Below, piece by piece: positions 30,616-39,836 of a stretch of 64,000 nt of DNA (its first letter is position 1; every line of letters starts with the position of its first letter). Where the stretch lies: the NCBI GenBank assembly GCA_038206135.1, contig JBBRBD010000002.1, positions 2,896 to 66,895 on the forward strand, written 5' to 3'. The notes under the pieces are model-generated. The model searched no databases. It saw only the letters and a list, made by a program, of their open reading frames with translations, and was not told where the DNA came from. Source of the stretch: Patescibacteria group bacterium (lineage in GTDB: Bacteria; Patescibacteriota; Microgenomatia; UBA8517). The position numbers and the translations under genes are program-made.

Positions 30616-31050
30616 TTAATTTAATTTCGAGCGATAATCTCTCTCTGTTTCGCGCTCAATATCTCTTTTTTTGTTTTTTTCCTTCTTATTAAACTCTTGT
30701 TTTGATTTTGCGAGGCCAATTTTTAGTTTAATGAAACGACCTGTAGTATACATTGAGATTGGAACTATCGTCAATTTTTTTTCTTTAATTTTGCTGCCCC
30801 AACCTAATATCTCTTTCTTGTGAACTAACAATTTACAGCTGCGTTTTGTTAAATCGGATTTCACTAAAGGAGATGTGAATTGTGCATTAACCAAATAAAG
30901 TTCTCCACCCAAGATTCGTACGAATGAGCTGTTTAATGTAACGCGATTGTCAAAAAAAGATTTTGTTTCAGCACCTGTCAGCACAACGCCTGCATCAATT
31001 GTGTCTAATATCTCATACTCAAAGTGAGCCTTTTTATTTTCTATAACCAT
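30616..31050 (-). CDS. smpB: SsrA-binding protein
   Basis: ENKKAHFEYEI, AGVVLTGAETKS, KLLVHKKEI. Confidence 0.95.
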   Translation of the reverse strand: MVIENKKAHFEYEILDTIDAGVVLTGAETKSFFDNRVTLNSSFVRILGGELYLVNAQFTSPLVKSDLTKRSCKLLVHKKEILGWGSKIKEKKLTIVPISMYTTGRFIKLKIGLAKSKQEFNKKEKNKKRDIERETERDYRSKLN

Positions 31051-31079
31051 AGTGGTATTATACCTAAACCTCGAGGCTT

Positions 31080-31658
31080 ATGAGTATAGAGGAGGAAAGA
31101 GTGAAAGTTTTAACTGTATTAGTCGATATGGATGATGTTATTGCCGATTGGAGTGGTCATTTTTTTGAATTAGCAGGACAAATCCCCGAACTTCGGGGGA
31201 GACTAATTCATTCAGAAAGAAAAAGCTTTTCAGTTCTCGATGATTATCCAAAGGAACTTGAAGATGCTGCACGAGAAATCTATGAATCAGAAGGATTCTT
31301 TAGAGATCTAAAGCCAGTAGATGGGGCGATTGAAGCTATTCATGAACTCTCTCGTTTGGGGCACAATGTACTTATATGTACTGCTCCGCTTCACTTTCAC
31401 ACATATTGTGTGACTGAGAAGTTTGATTGGGTTCAAACGCATTTAGGTGCAGAGTTCAAACGACAAATGATTCTTGCAAAGTACAAGAAATTTGTACATG
31501 GTGATTATCTAATTGACGATAACCCTAATATAAGAAGTCTTAGGCATGAAGTTCCTAGTTGGCAGCACATTTTGTATACTCAGCCATACAATATGTCTGT
31601 TACAGACAGACCTCGAATAACCTGGACAGGAGACTGGAAATCAGTTTTGAGACTTTAA
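31080..31658 (+). CDS. 5'(3')-deoxyribonucleotidase (HAD, NT5C family)
   Basis: VDMDDVIADW, EKFDWV, DYLIDDNP. Confidence 0.85.
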   Translation: MSIEEERVKVLTVLVDMDDVIADWSGHFFELAGQIPELRGRLIHSERKSFSVLDDYPKELEDAAREIYESEGFFRDLKPVDGAIEAIHELSRLGHNVLICTAPLHFHTYCVTEKFDWVQTHLGAEFKRQMILAKYKKFVHGDYLIDDNPNIRSLRHEVPSWQHILYTQPYNMSVTDRPRITWTGDWKSVLRL

Positions 31659-31663
31659 TAAAG

Positions 31664-31692
31664 AGGCGATGCTATTAGCATCGCCTTTATTT
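31664..31692 (+). terminator. Intrinsic terminator
   Basis: AGGCGATGC-TATTA-GCATCGCCT then T-rich tail. Confidence 0.7.
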
Positions 31693-32003
31693 TGCACATG
31701 CAAAGTATGTATAATATTGACATCCCTTTTTTTTAATGTTTTTTAGAGGTTAGAAAAGAACCGTAAGTTAAGCGTCAATTGTGTAGGAATGGGTCGAGTT
31801 TTCGGAAAATTGCAACCGCATGTAATTACAATTTTAAGCTAAGAAATCAAACTTCTAAAAAACAAAACAAGTGTCAATATTTCAGATATAATTATTAAAG
31901 TTTAAAAGAATATATCGTCAATTTTAATAACGACAGTAAAGTTGTTGCGGAATAAGCGCGTTAAAAATGCGGTGAATAAGGCATAATTTAATACAATTGT
32001 CTA

Positions 32004-32363
32004 TTATTCTATATCATCTATCTTGACAGCTAGAATGAAGTCATTTGTAGATAGACCTCCAATCGCATGTGTGAAAAGCTCAACACTAACGCTTTTGTAA
32101 TCATGCAGACAGAGGTTCGGGTGATGTCCTTCAGATTCAGCAATATCAGCAATTGTGTTTATAAATGCAACCGCTTCTTTAAAATTATTAAATTTATATT
32201 CACGAATGAGCTTGTGCATTCCATCCTTCTGAATATTCCAAAGTGGGGTAGCGTCGTGATAGTTATTTTCTTCAATTTCAGTTAATGGATTGACACCTCC
32301 CTCACAAGGGACGCAATGCCCTTTTTTTAGGGAATCTTTGTTTGAATTTATATCTCTTTGCAT
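32004..32363 (-). CDS. Pterin-4-alpha-carbinolamine dehydratase
   Basis: CVPCEGG, AESEGHHPNL, THAIGGLSTNDFILA; ATG at 32363 preferred. Confidence 0.9.
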   Translation of the reverse strand: MQRDINSNKDSLKKGHCVPCEGGVNPLTEIEENNYHDATPLWNIQKDGMHKLIREYKFNNFKEAVAFINTIADIAESEGHHPNLCLHDYKSVSVELFTHAIGGLSTNDFILAVKIDDIE

Positions 32364-32518
32364 TTTAGTTAATCTTTCTGAATGATAATCTTCTGTTACA
32401 TTAAAGCAGTTCTTTGCTTTGAAATCGCATAATTGCAGCTTTGTATACAAAATGACTCAATTTCAATACATCTTGATAGAAAATAATCGAAACTGTTTAT
32501 ACTCGTTACTTCACAATG

Positions 32519-32603
32519 CGGAGGCGGTGAGATTCGAACTCACGAGACTCTTACGAGTCGTGGATTAGCAATCCACTGTACTGGGCCACTATACGACGCC
32601 TCC
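32519..32603 (-). tRNA. tRNA-Ser(GCT)
   Basis: GGAGGCG/CGCCTCC-G acceptor, GTGGA-TTGCTAA-TCCAC, long variable arm. Confidence 0.95.
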
Positions 32604-32667
32604 AAAACTTGAACTCATCGAATTTTAGCACAACGTTTCGCTCAAGTCTGATATAATCAGGTCTCAC

Positions 32668-32751
32668 GGAGGCGTGTCCGAGCGGTTTATGGAGCTGGTC
32701 TTGAAAACCAGTGGGCGCAAGCCCTCACAGGTTCGAATCCTGTCGCCTCCG
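32668..32751 (+). tRNA. tRNA-Ser(TGA)
   Basis: CTGGT-CTTGAAA-ACCAG anticodon arm, long variable arm, GGTTCGAATCC. Confidence 0.95.
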
Positions 32752-32797
32752 CTAATTGTGTCCTCTTCAAAGTTTGGTATATACTAAATTCATAGAT

Positions 32798-33301
32798 ATG
32801 GCTCCCAAACCTCCCATCCAGCCAGAAATAGAAAAGGTATTATTGTCTTGGACTGCAGCCTCACGTCCATTTAAAAGACGATCTCGCGAGTTTTATATCA
32901 CACTTATTTCTGTTGTAGGTCTTATTGGCGCAATTCTATTTTTAATTGAGGGGGCGATGCCTGCTATATTATTAGGAACTCTCGTGTTTTTGTTTTATGT
33001 ATTAAGTACCGTTGCTCCAGACCAAGTAGAATATAAAATTACGACCTTTGGTATTCGTTTTGCTGAACGATTAACGGAATGGGAAAAGATTGGAAGATTT
33101 TGGTTTGTAAATCGATTGGGAAGTGATTTATTAGTACTTGAGGTTCATGTCCTTCCAGGAAGACTAGAGCTTGTAGCACCAAAAGAAGAACATTCAAAGA
33201 TTGAAGAAACTCTAATGAAATACTTGATCAAAGAAGAAGTTCCACCTGGAGTTTTCGACAAAGCAGCACAATGGGCTAGCAAAAAGCTTCCACAGAGCTA
33301 A
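32798..33301 (+). CDS. Conserved two-TM protein (DUF5673-like)
   Basis: LLSWTAASRPFKRRSREFY followed by two TM helices. Confidence 0.7.
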   Translation: MAPKPPIQPEIEKVLLSWTAASRPFKRRSREFYITLISVVGLIGAILFLIEGAMPAILLGTLVFLFYVLSTVAPDQVEYKITTFGIRFAERLTEWEKIGRFWFVNRLGSDLLVLEVHVLPGRLELVAPKEEHSKIEETLMKYLIKEEVPPGVFDKAAQWASKKLPQS

Positions 33302-33354
33302 TATTGTATAATACTTCAGCTCGAAAGTTCCTTGTATTAATCTTTTATTTTCCT

Positions 33355-33426
33355 GTACTCATAGCTCAATGGATAGAGTAGCGGCTTGCGGAGCCGTCGA
33401 TCCCAGTTCGAATCTGGGTGGGTACA
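33355..33426 (+). tRNA. tRNA-Arg(GCG)
   Basis: GTACTCA/TGGGTAC acceptor, GCGGC-TTGCGGA-GCCGT, D-loop GGATA (A20). Confidence 0.9.
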
Positions 33427-33433
33427 CAAGTAG

Positions 33434-33516
33434 GGTGGGTTCGCATAGCGGCCAATTGCACCGGTTTCGAAAACCGGAGGGGTAACCCTTCACAGGTTCA
33501 AATCCTGTACCCACCG
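33434..33516 (+). tRNA. tRNA-Ser(CGA)
   Basis: CCGGT-TTCGAAA-ACCGG, long variable arm. Confidence 0.95.
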
Positions 33517-33548
33517 CAAGGCGCGTGAAACCTGAAGTTAAAGTATAA

Positions 33549-33636
33549 GGAGAGGTCGCATAGTGGCCTAGTGCAGCGGTTTACTAAACCGCCATATCGC
33601 AAGATATCGAGGGTTCGAATCCCTCCCTCTCCGCCA
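33549..33636 (+). tRNA. tRNA-Ser(ACT), unusual A34 anticodon
   Basis: GGAGAGG/CCTCTCC-GCCA, GCGGT-TTACTAA-ACCGC, long variable arm ATATC-GCAA-GATAT. Confidence 0.9.
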
Positions 33637-33658
33637 AATATAAAACTTTAAGATAGAT

Positions 33659-33847
33659 ATGAACAAATTTACCAAAGAAGAATTCATAGAGGCACTCGGA
33701 GCGGTAACTTCTGTAATTCAGAAATGTGAAAAAGCACAGGAAAAGTTCCCAGAAGGAAATTCGCACCACACACTTCTTAGAAACAGGCTGAAAGCAATGT
33801 ATATATCAAAAGATTTGATAAAAGAAGCGTTAAAGAATTCCAAGTAA
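33659..33847 (+). CDS. Small helical hypothetical protein
   Basis: KCEKAQEKF...SHHTLLRNRLKAMYI; fills the gap between neighbouring features. Confidence 0.6.
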   Translation: MNKFTKEEFIEALGAVTSVIQKCEKAQEKFPEGNSHHTLLRNRLKAMYISKDLIKEALKNSK

Positions 33848-33901
33848 CTAAATATTCGTTATAAGTCTGAAAGGTTACAGAAACACCTGCTTCTCGCACA
33901 A

Positions 33902-34372
33902 TTATGATGTCTGTATCTTCTCAATTTGTCTTCCTTCAAGATTCGGGTCTCCTGCCCCAGTTTCTATTAACTGTTTCAAACTGTGGTTTATATATGCAGT
34001 CCATGCAGGGTTACATGCTTTATAACATTCGACATCTGGCGTAAGCCCCTCGTGAGTAAATACAAGTTTTGTTGTGTCACCCAGTTTTTTTATATCAAAG
34101 ACAACTTTTGTTCCGGTCCATTCATCTGCATTTTTTATGAATGTCATGTTGCTTTCTGTAACAAGCCAGACGATTCGTTCATTTGGAACAACTTCTATAA
34201 GTTTTTGCTTTGAATAATGCACTTCTTTAACTTCGAATTCAAATTCGTCGTTTAGTTTTTTGCTGTCACCTTTAATATCATTTGACCACCAACCTCGAAC
34301 GTTTGTAATAGAGTCAAATACCACTTGTGGACTTTGATTTACAATTATTGAAGTAGTGAAATCTGTACCCAT
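33902..34372 (-). CDS. SRPBCC/AHSA1-family protein
   Basis: RGWWS, EWTGT.VVF, FTHEGL, ECY..C..AW. Confidence 0.85.
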   Translation of the reverse strand: MGTDFTTSIIVNQSPQVVFDSITNVRGWWSNDIKGDSKKLNDEFEFEVKEVHYSKQKLIEVVPNERIVWLVTESNMTFIKNADEWTGTKVVFDIKKLGDTTKLVFTHEGLTPDVECYKACNPAWTAYINHSLKQLIETGAGDPNLEGRQIEKIQTS

Positions 34373-34380
34373 AAATTATT

Positions 34381-35178
34381 TTATTTTCTACCCAAACCAG
34401 CTACTACGCTAAATACTAAAAGTGAAAGCAGCACGATAGCTCCTCCTGCTGGGAGATTGAAATAATATGCGATGAAAAGTCCTAAAAATACTTCCGATAA
34501 AGCAAGAACAATTGATAGGTACATGCTTTGTATAAAGCTCTTAGCAACTTGCATCGCCGTAACTACTGGAATTACCATTAATGCTCCAATGAGAAGCACT
34601 CCAACGACACGCATTGCGAGTGAAACGGTAATTGCAGTAAGTACAATAAGTGACACATTTACAAATGAAACAGGAATGCCACTGACTCGTGCGCTCTCCT
34701 CATCAAATGATGAGTATAAAAGCTTTTTATAAAGTAACACCACTGCGGCGAGAGTAATTAAACCAAGACCTAGAATTAAATAGACTTCGTCCTGTCGTAC
34801 TGTCGTAATGCTACCAAATAAATAGCTAAATAGATTTGCATTAAATCCATGTGCCAAACTAATAAGAACGATTGAGAGTGCAAGACCACCCGGTAAAAAC
34901 ATTGCGAGAACCGCTTCAGAGGGGATTCTGTTCTGACTTCTCAACCACTCGATAAGTAAGCTTGCAATTACAGTCACTACAATAGTGGTTGGTACGGGAG
35001 ATGTACCTAAAATGAGCCCAATTGCTACCCCTGATAACGCAACATGCGACAACGTGTCTGCAATTAAGGAATATCTGCGCACTACCAAAAAGTTCCCTAT
35101 GAGTGGTGCAATAAGGGCAATAACAAGCCCCGCTTCAAAAGCTCTCCACATAAATTGGTATTGAAAAATTTCTAGCAT
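34381..35178 (-). CDS. znuB: Zn/Mn ABC transporter permease
   Basis: DTLSHVAL, YLFGSI, FDEESARVSG. Confidence 0.9.
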   Translation of the reverse strand: MLEIFQYQFMWRAFEAGLVIALIAPLIGNFLVVRRYSLIADTLSHVALSGVAIGLILGTSPVPTTIVVTVIASLLIEWLRSQNRIPSEAVLAMFLPGGLALSIVLISLAHGFNANLFSYLFGSITTVRQDEVYLILGLGLITLAAVVLLYKKLLYSSFDEESARVSGIPVSFVNVSLIVLTAITVSLAMRVVGVLLIGALMVIPVVTAMQVAKSFIQSMYLSIVLALSEVFLGLFIAYYFNLPAGGAIVLLSLLVFSVVAGLGRK

Positions 35179-35180
35179 AT

Positions 35181-35930
35181 TTAATGTCCATGAACTACCA
35201 TTCGTAAGTTCTCACCGTACATTTTCTTCATGAAATCACCTTTTAAAACATCCTTAGGTTTTCCATGAGAAACGATGGTTCTATTAATACAGGCAATTGT
35301 TGTGACTTCATGTGCAACAACATCAATATCGTGGCTCACCAAAATAAGGGTGAGTTCCATGTCTCGATTGAGTTTCTTTAAGAGCTCGTAAAATTTGGCT
35401 TGTGACTCTGAGTCAACTCCAACTGTGGGTTCATCAAGAAGGAGTAGTTCTGGGTGAGAGGCGAGAGCTTTTGCAATAAAAACGCGTTGTTGTTGACCAC
35501 CAGACAGTTCTCCTAATAGGCGTTTTTTATGAGGGAACATTCCGACTGCTTCGAGTGCATCAGAAATTGCACGTTCATCCTTTGGTGTTTCAAAGTCTAG
35601 CCAACGTTTACTGTTTAGTCGACCTAAAGAAACTGTCTCCCACACAGTAATGGGGAAGCGTACCAAATTTGAGCCTGCCTTCTGCGGCACATACCCAACT
35701 TTTTGCCAGTCTGAAAAGTCTGAAATGTTTTTCCCAAACAGAGAAACTGTGCCAGATGTTGGACTAAGAAGTCCGAGTATGGTTTTTAAAAGTGTGGTTT
35801 TACCGCTTCCATTTGGCCCGATGATACCTAGAAAATCACCTTTATCTATTTTTAGGTTAATATTTTCCAAAATTGGCTCACCACCATATGCTGTGTTTAC
35901 ATTTTGTAGTTCTACTTGAATTTGGGACAT
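35181..35930 (-). CDS. znuC: Zn/Mn ABC transporter ATPase
   Basis: GPNGSGKT, LSGGQQQR, LLDEPT. Confidence 0.9.
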   Translation of the reverse strand: MSQIQVELQNVNTAYGGEPILENINLKIDKGDFLGIIGPNGSGKTTLLKTILGLLSPTSGTVSLFGKNISDFSDWQKVGYVPQKAGSNLVRFPITVWETVSLGRLNSKRWLDFETPKDERAISDALEAVGMFPHKKRLLGELSGGQQQRVFIAKALASHPELLLLDEPTVGVDSESQAKFYELLKKLNRDMELTLILVSHDIDVVAHEVTTIACINRTIVSHGKPKDVLKGDFMKKMYGENLRMVVHGH

Positions 35931-35939
35931 ATCGTATTA

Positions 35940-36863
35940 TTACATGCAGTACAACGCAGTGCTTAAGTTTTTTAGATTTTTACGCTGAACACTAAAATAA
36001 TCTGCTCCATTTTGGAGTGCCTCATCACTTAATCCTTCGAGGGGATCGAATACCAAAGTTTGGGCTCCAGTCTCTTTCGCTATTGTTTCAGCAAGACGAG
36101 GACTTACTAACGTCTCAAAGAAAATATATTTTATATGACTATTAGTAACAAGTTTCGTAACTTCTGAAAGTTTTTGTGGAGTTGGCTCCTCATCTGGAGT
36201 AAGACCAGAAATTGAAACTTGGTTGAAATTGTATTGTGTCGCTAAATAGCCAAATGCAGCATGAGATGTAACAACATCATGATTCGAACAGGTGTTTAGC
36301 GTCTTTTCAAATTCTGTGTTCAATAAAATCAGTTTGTCACTTAAATTTTGTGCGTTTTGTTTAAAATATAGTGCATTTTCGGGTGAAAGTGCTTCATACG
36401 AATTCTCTATTTTTTGCACAATTTGTTGTGCGAGTACCGGGTCAAGCCAGACATGCGGGTCTACTTCTTTCTTATTATCTTCAAAAACTGTATTTCTTGC
36501 AATTCCATCTGACACTGTAAGTTCATTCTTACCTTCAATTTTTCCAGACCAACTTTCAAGGCCAGCCCCATTTAAAATCAAGAGATCACTTTTTTGAATT
36601 TCTTCAACGTCTTTAGTCGTAGGTTCATAGTCGTGTGGCTCTGCTCCTGCTGGTGTAATATTGATTACATTAACTCGGTCTCCACCAATTTGTGTAGCGA
36701 AAAAGTAGAGCGGATAAAATGAGGCAACTACTTGAATTTTATTATTGCTGTTAAGTGTTTTGTTCGAGTTATTACGTGTTTTTAAAAATATGGCACCAAA
36801 GCAAATGCAGGTAGTTATTGCTAAAACAATAAAAACATTTTTCATAATTGGCATTTTTTGCAA
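35940..36863 (-). CDS. znuA: Zn/Mn ABC transporter substrate-binding protein
   Basis: EPHDYEP, DPHVWLDP, SHAAFGY. Confidence 0.9.
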   Translation of the reverse strand: MQKMPIMKNVFIVLAITTCICFGAIFLKTRNNSNKTLNSNNKIQVVASFYPLYFFATQIGGDRVNVINITPAGAEPHDYEPTTKDVEEIQKSDLLILNGAGLESWSGKIEGKNELTVSDGIARNTVFEDNKKEVDPHVWLDPVLAQQIVQKIENSYEALSPENALYFKQNAQNLSDKLILLNTEFEKTLNTCSNHDVVTSHAAFGYLATQYNFNQVSISGLTPDEEPTPQKLSEVTKLVTNSHIKYIFFETLVSPRLAETIAKETGAQTLVFDPLEGLSDEALQNGADYFSVQRKNLKNLSTALYCM

Positions 36864-37246
36864 AGTCCGAAAAATTCAAGAGAATGGCGTTTAATCTGAA
36901 ATGTAGTTTGACTTATTGCACTCGCAAGTAATGTATCTTCATTCAGGGGAATGTCTTCAACTTTTCCACAGATGTCACAAATTATATGGTGATGGTGTCC
37001 CATATCTGCGCGTTCGTATCTTGTAACGTTGTCATCAAATTTAACTTTTGAAACGAGGAGTAGTCTTACCAATAGTTCTAAATTTCTATATATAGTTGCC
37101 AAATCATGAGGAATATCATTCTGTTTTAGATGTTGTGATATCTCGGAGGCCGAGAGCGGAGAGTTTGTAATGGCTGCAAAAACTGCCTTTCTGGGACCCG
37201 TCATTCGAAACCCAGCATTACGAATCGGGTTTGTTGACTCATTCAT
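36842..37246 (-). CDS. zur: Fur-family regulator (Zur-like)
   Basis: ATIYRNL, HHHHIICDICG, CKKC; heads the znu operon. Confidence 0.8.
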   Translation of the reverse strand: MNESTNPIRNAGFRMTGPRKAVFAAITNSPLSASEISQHLKQNDIPHDLATIYRNLELLVRLLLVSKVKFDDNVTRYERADMGHHHHIICDICGKVEDIPLNEDTLLASAISQTTFQIKRHSLEFFGLCKKCQL

Positions 37247-37251
37247 GAGCT

Positions 37252-37280
37252 ATTGTTGCAAATCATTTGCAATAAGTCAA
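37252..37280 (-). promoter_or_regulatory. zur-znu promoter with Fur/Zur-type operator
   Basis: TTGACT-17-AACAAT; perfect palindrome TTGCAAAT-C-ATTTGCAA (37256-37272) covers the spacer. Confidence 0.8.
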
Positions 37281-37329
37281 TTGTCCTTTCTCGCAATTAT
37301 TACTAAAATCTGATAGAATACGGTCACTT

Positions 37330-37812
37330 ATGAAAAACGATGCAGTGATGATTGGGGCCGCAGTGGTATATAAAAGAGTAAAAGGGAAAGAACCACAGTG
37401 GTTTATTGTAAAGTCTACTGACGACGGAGAATGGGAACTTCCTAAAACAGTCGTCCGACGTGGAGAATCTTCAGTTCGTTCAGTTATTCGACTAACTCAA
37501 GAACAGGCAAGTATGCGAACAAAAGTGTTAGAAGAAGTAGGAAGAGCCTCTGGAGCTGGACGAGTAAACGGAAAAGCCGTAAATCAAAAATATTTGTATT
37601 ATTTACTACATTGTAAAGATACCGGAGAAATTATCGCATTTTCTGATTTCAAATGGACCGATTACAAAGCAGCATTTAAACTCTTGCCTCTGAAGCGCGA
37701 TCAAAACATGATTGAAACAGCGAAAGAAATATTAAAAACTGTTGACGTGAAGCGCGAAAAACTTCAAGACGAAATCGACGCCGAGGCTCTCGAGGCACAG
37801 GCATCTAAATAA
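37330..37812 (+). CDS. NUDIX-fold protein (degenerate Nudix box)
   Basis: WELPKTVVRRGESSVRSVIRLTQEQ. Confidence 0.7.
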   Translation: MKNDAVMIGAAVVYKRVKGKEPQWFIVKSTDDGEWELPKTVVRRGESSVRSVIRLTQEQASMRTKVLEEVGRASGAGRVNGKAVNQKYLYYLLHCKDTGEIIAFSDFKWTDYKAAFKLLPLKRDQNMIETAKEILKTVDVKREKLQDEIDAEALEAQASK

Positions 37813-37824
37813 CTCTTCCAATTT

Positions 37825-37906
37825 GGAGGTGTCGCCTAGTGGCTATGGCACACGCTTGGAAAGCGTGCAGGGCAACCTGTCGTGGGTTCGAGTCCCACCA
37901 CCTCCG
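37825..37906 (+). tRNA. tRNA-Ser(GGA)
   Basis: CACGC-TTGGAAA-GCGTG, long variable arm. Confidence 0.95.
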
Positions 37907-37912
37907 CAACGA

Positions 37913-37986
37913 GTATCCGTAGCTCAATTGGATAGAGCATCGGCCTCCGAAGCTGAAGGTTAGCAGTTCAAATCTGCTCGGGTACA
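37913..37986 (+). tRNA. tRNA-Arg(CCG)
   Basis: TCGGC-CTCCGAA-GCTGA, GTATCCG/CGGGTAC acceptor. Confidence 0.95.
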
Positions 37987-37999
37987 CAATCAAAGATCT

Positions 38000-38908
38000 T
38001 CAATTGAGAGCTGACGGACTTATTAAAAGAATCAGTAAAGTAAGAATGAAGCTCAAATAAAGTGAATATTCCCCAACTATTTTTTGAACAATTCGATTGG
38101 TACGTATTTTTGGTTGGAAAAGAAAAACACAGACGGATGCTCTTACGAGAATGTCTATAAAAAAATTTACTTTAGTGTGAAAAAAGGGGAGACTTCCCAT
38201 TAATATAAATATGCAGGAAAAAAGCGTTACTCTTTCTCCAAGTACATTTGCGGATGTTGTAATTCCTTGAACTCTATCCGCTGATATATCAAAAGTTGCA
38301 AGCACAAGATGATAAACAGCGGTAATTACTAAAATAAAGATAAGGTTAATAGGTAGTTGATGTATAAGTTGCGAAATATTTCCCTGAAACGTTACATAGC
38401 CCAAAAGATACATGAGTCCTCCATACAACGACCCTCCGGCTATAAAATCAAGAATGGGAATTGCTTTGAAGCGAACTGGTGGTGCTGAATACCAAAACAG
38501 GTCGGCACTTAGTATTAAATAAACAATTAAAGCTTTTATTCCAAAGAAACTAAATCCGATTCCACATAATAAAAAACTTAAATATGAACGTCTCAATAAT
38601 TTTACACGTTCACTTTTAGAGTGAATTACACCAAAAACACCACCTTTTCGAGAATTTGCATGATCTGAATCATCGTCGTAATAATCGTTTACTGCATAAA
38701 TAAAATATGAATATGGAAGTGTTAATAAAAGAAGTGGAAAAATAAAGTGAATATCAGTGAGCGAAGTAAAATTTCCAGAAGCCAAAACTCCAAAGACAAA
38801 AAATAAAAAGTGAACGCACCAATAAAGTGGTCTGCTTGTATTAATAATTCCTTTAATTTCTTTTTTCATTAATGGGTAGTATACGCTACCTGAATAATTT
38901 GACTCCAA
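38000..38908 (-). CDS. UbiA-family prenyltransferase (start probably 38869)
   Basis: NDYYDDDSD, YSAPPVRFK, DISADRVQGITT. Confidence 0.85.
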   Translation of the reverse strand: MESNYSGSVYYPLMKKEIKGIINTSRPLYWCVHFLFFVFGVLASGNFTSLTDIHFIFPLLLLTLPYSYFIYAVNDYYDDDSDHANSRKGGVFGVIHSKSERVKLLRRSYLSFLLCGIGFSFFGIKALIVYLILSADLFWYSAPPVRFKAIPILDFIAGGSLYGGLMYLLGYVTFQGNISQLIHQLPINLIFILVITAVYHLVLATFDISADRVQGITTSANVLGERVTLFSCIFILMGSLPFFHTKVNFFIDILVRASVCVFLFQPKIRTNRIVQKIVGEYSLYLSFILTLLILLISPSALN

Positions 38909-38970
38909 ACTGCAAACATATTAAACTTCAAGTTCGTTTTTAAGTCTACCAATGTAAGGAGAGAGTTCCG

Positions 38971-39465
38971 TTGAAGATTCATATACATCTTGTATTAAAT
39001 ACATTCACATTCAATATGTTCCGTCCTAATGATCAAGGATTTCATATTGATTTCAGACTCAAAGTTGCCAAACCCTCGTCAGTCGAAAGAACTATCTTCT
39101 CTACTGAGAATATTTGGGCAGGATCAATAATTCCGTCGTTATTGAGTTTCGGATATAGTCCTGTTGTCGCAATGACACGCAGATGGTTAAACGACAATGA
39201 TGCCTGGAGTTTGATATTGCATTTTGACGATAATCAACTGAATGCCCCAGATGATTTGTCGAAAGCGACAGCCTGTACATCTCAATTGTTGTCAGAATAC
39301 ACATTTCAGGCACAGAAATTTAAGCACCCTGATGAAGATAGTTTTGGATTGTACCTAACTAAACCAAAGTTCATATTCCCAATGCAAGTTCAGCAGCTAC
39401 CTGCGAATTTGAAATTAGTTGTTATGCGCCATAGTATTTTTAAGTTAGGCGCGATACACGGGTGA
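38971..39465 (+). CDS. Hypothetical protein
   Basis: ORF with upstream AAGGAG; no motif recognised. Confidence 0.55.
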   Translation: MKIHIHLVLNTFTFNMFRPNDQGFHIDFRLKVAKPSSVERTIFSTENIWAGSIIPSLLSFGYSPVVAMTRRWLNDNDAWSLILHFDDNQLNAPDDLSKATACTSQLLSEYTFQAQKFKHPDEDSFGLYLTKPKFIFPMQVQQLPANLKLVVMRHSIFKLGAIHG

Positions 39466-39477
39466 TAGGAAATTCTT

Positions 39478-39795
39478 ATGTATTTTTCTATTGTCATTCG
39501 GGTAAATACACAAACGGGAATGCGTTATTTCCCTTTTGTTCTTAATGGGAAAGATCTATATTTCTCACCGGGGGTGTTTAATTTCAGGAAAATTCGAGAA
39601 TTAGTTAAGAAGTTGTCTGTCGTTGAAGAATGGGTTTTCATAAATCCAGCCGACGCTTCGTCAGCTTCTTCTCTTATGTTGAATCAAAAAAGAATAGCTG
39701 GGTTTGATTGTTCCAAAGATAATCCAGTGAGGCTAGCACTGACAGAGACGTCAGTGTTACCACTCTCAAAAACTTGGCAAATTAAGAAAGACTAG
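39478..39795 (+). CDS. Hypothetical protein
   Basis: ORF followed by a terminator hairpin at 39787-39813. Confidence 0.55.
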   Translation: MYFSIVIRVNTQTGMRYFPFVLNGKDLYFSPGVFNFRKIRELVKKLSVVEEWVFINPADASSASSLMLNQKRIAGFDCSKDNPVRLALTETSVLPLSKTWQIKKD

Positions 39796-39836
39796 CAAAT
39801 TGCTAGTCTTTTTCTTTTTCAAGGTATAATCGGCTT

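Noticed and set aside
33584-33769. Minus-strand ORF ending AEREGFEPS
   Set aside because: Antisense translation of tRNA-Ser(ACT).
37805-37993. Minus-strand 62-aa ORF
   Set aside because: Antisense translation of two tRNAs.
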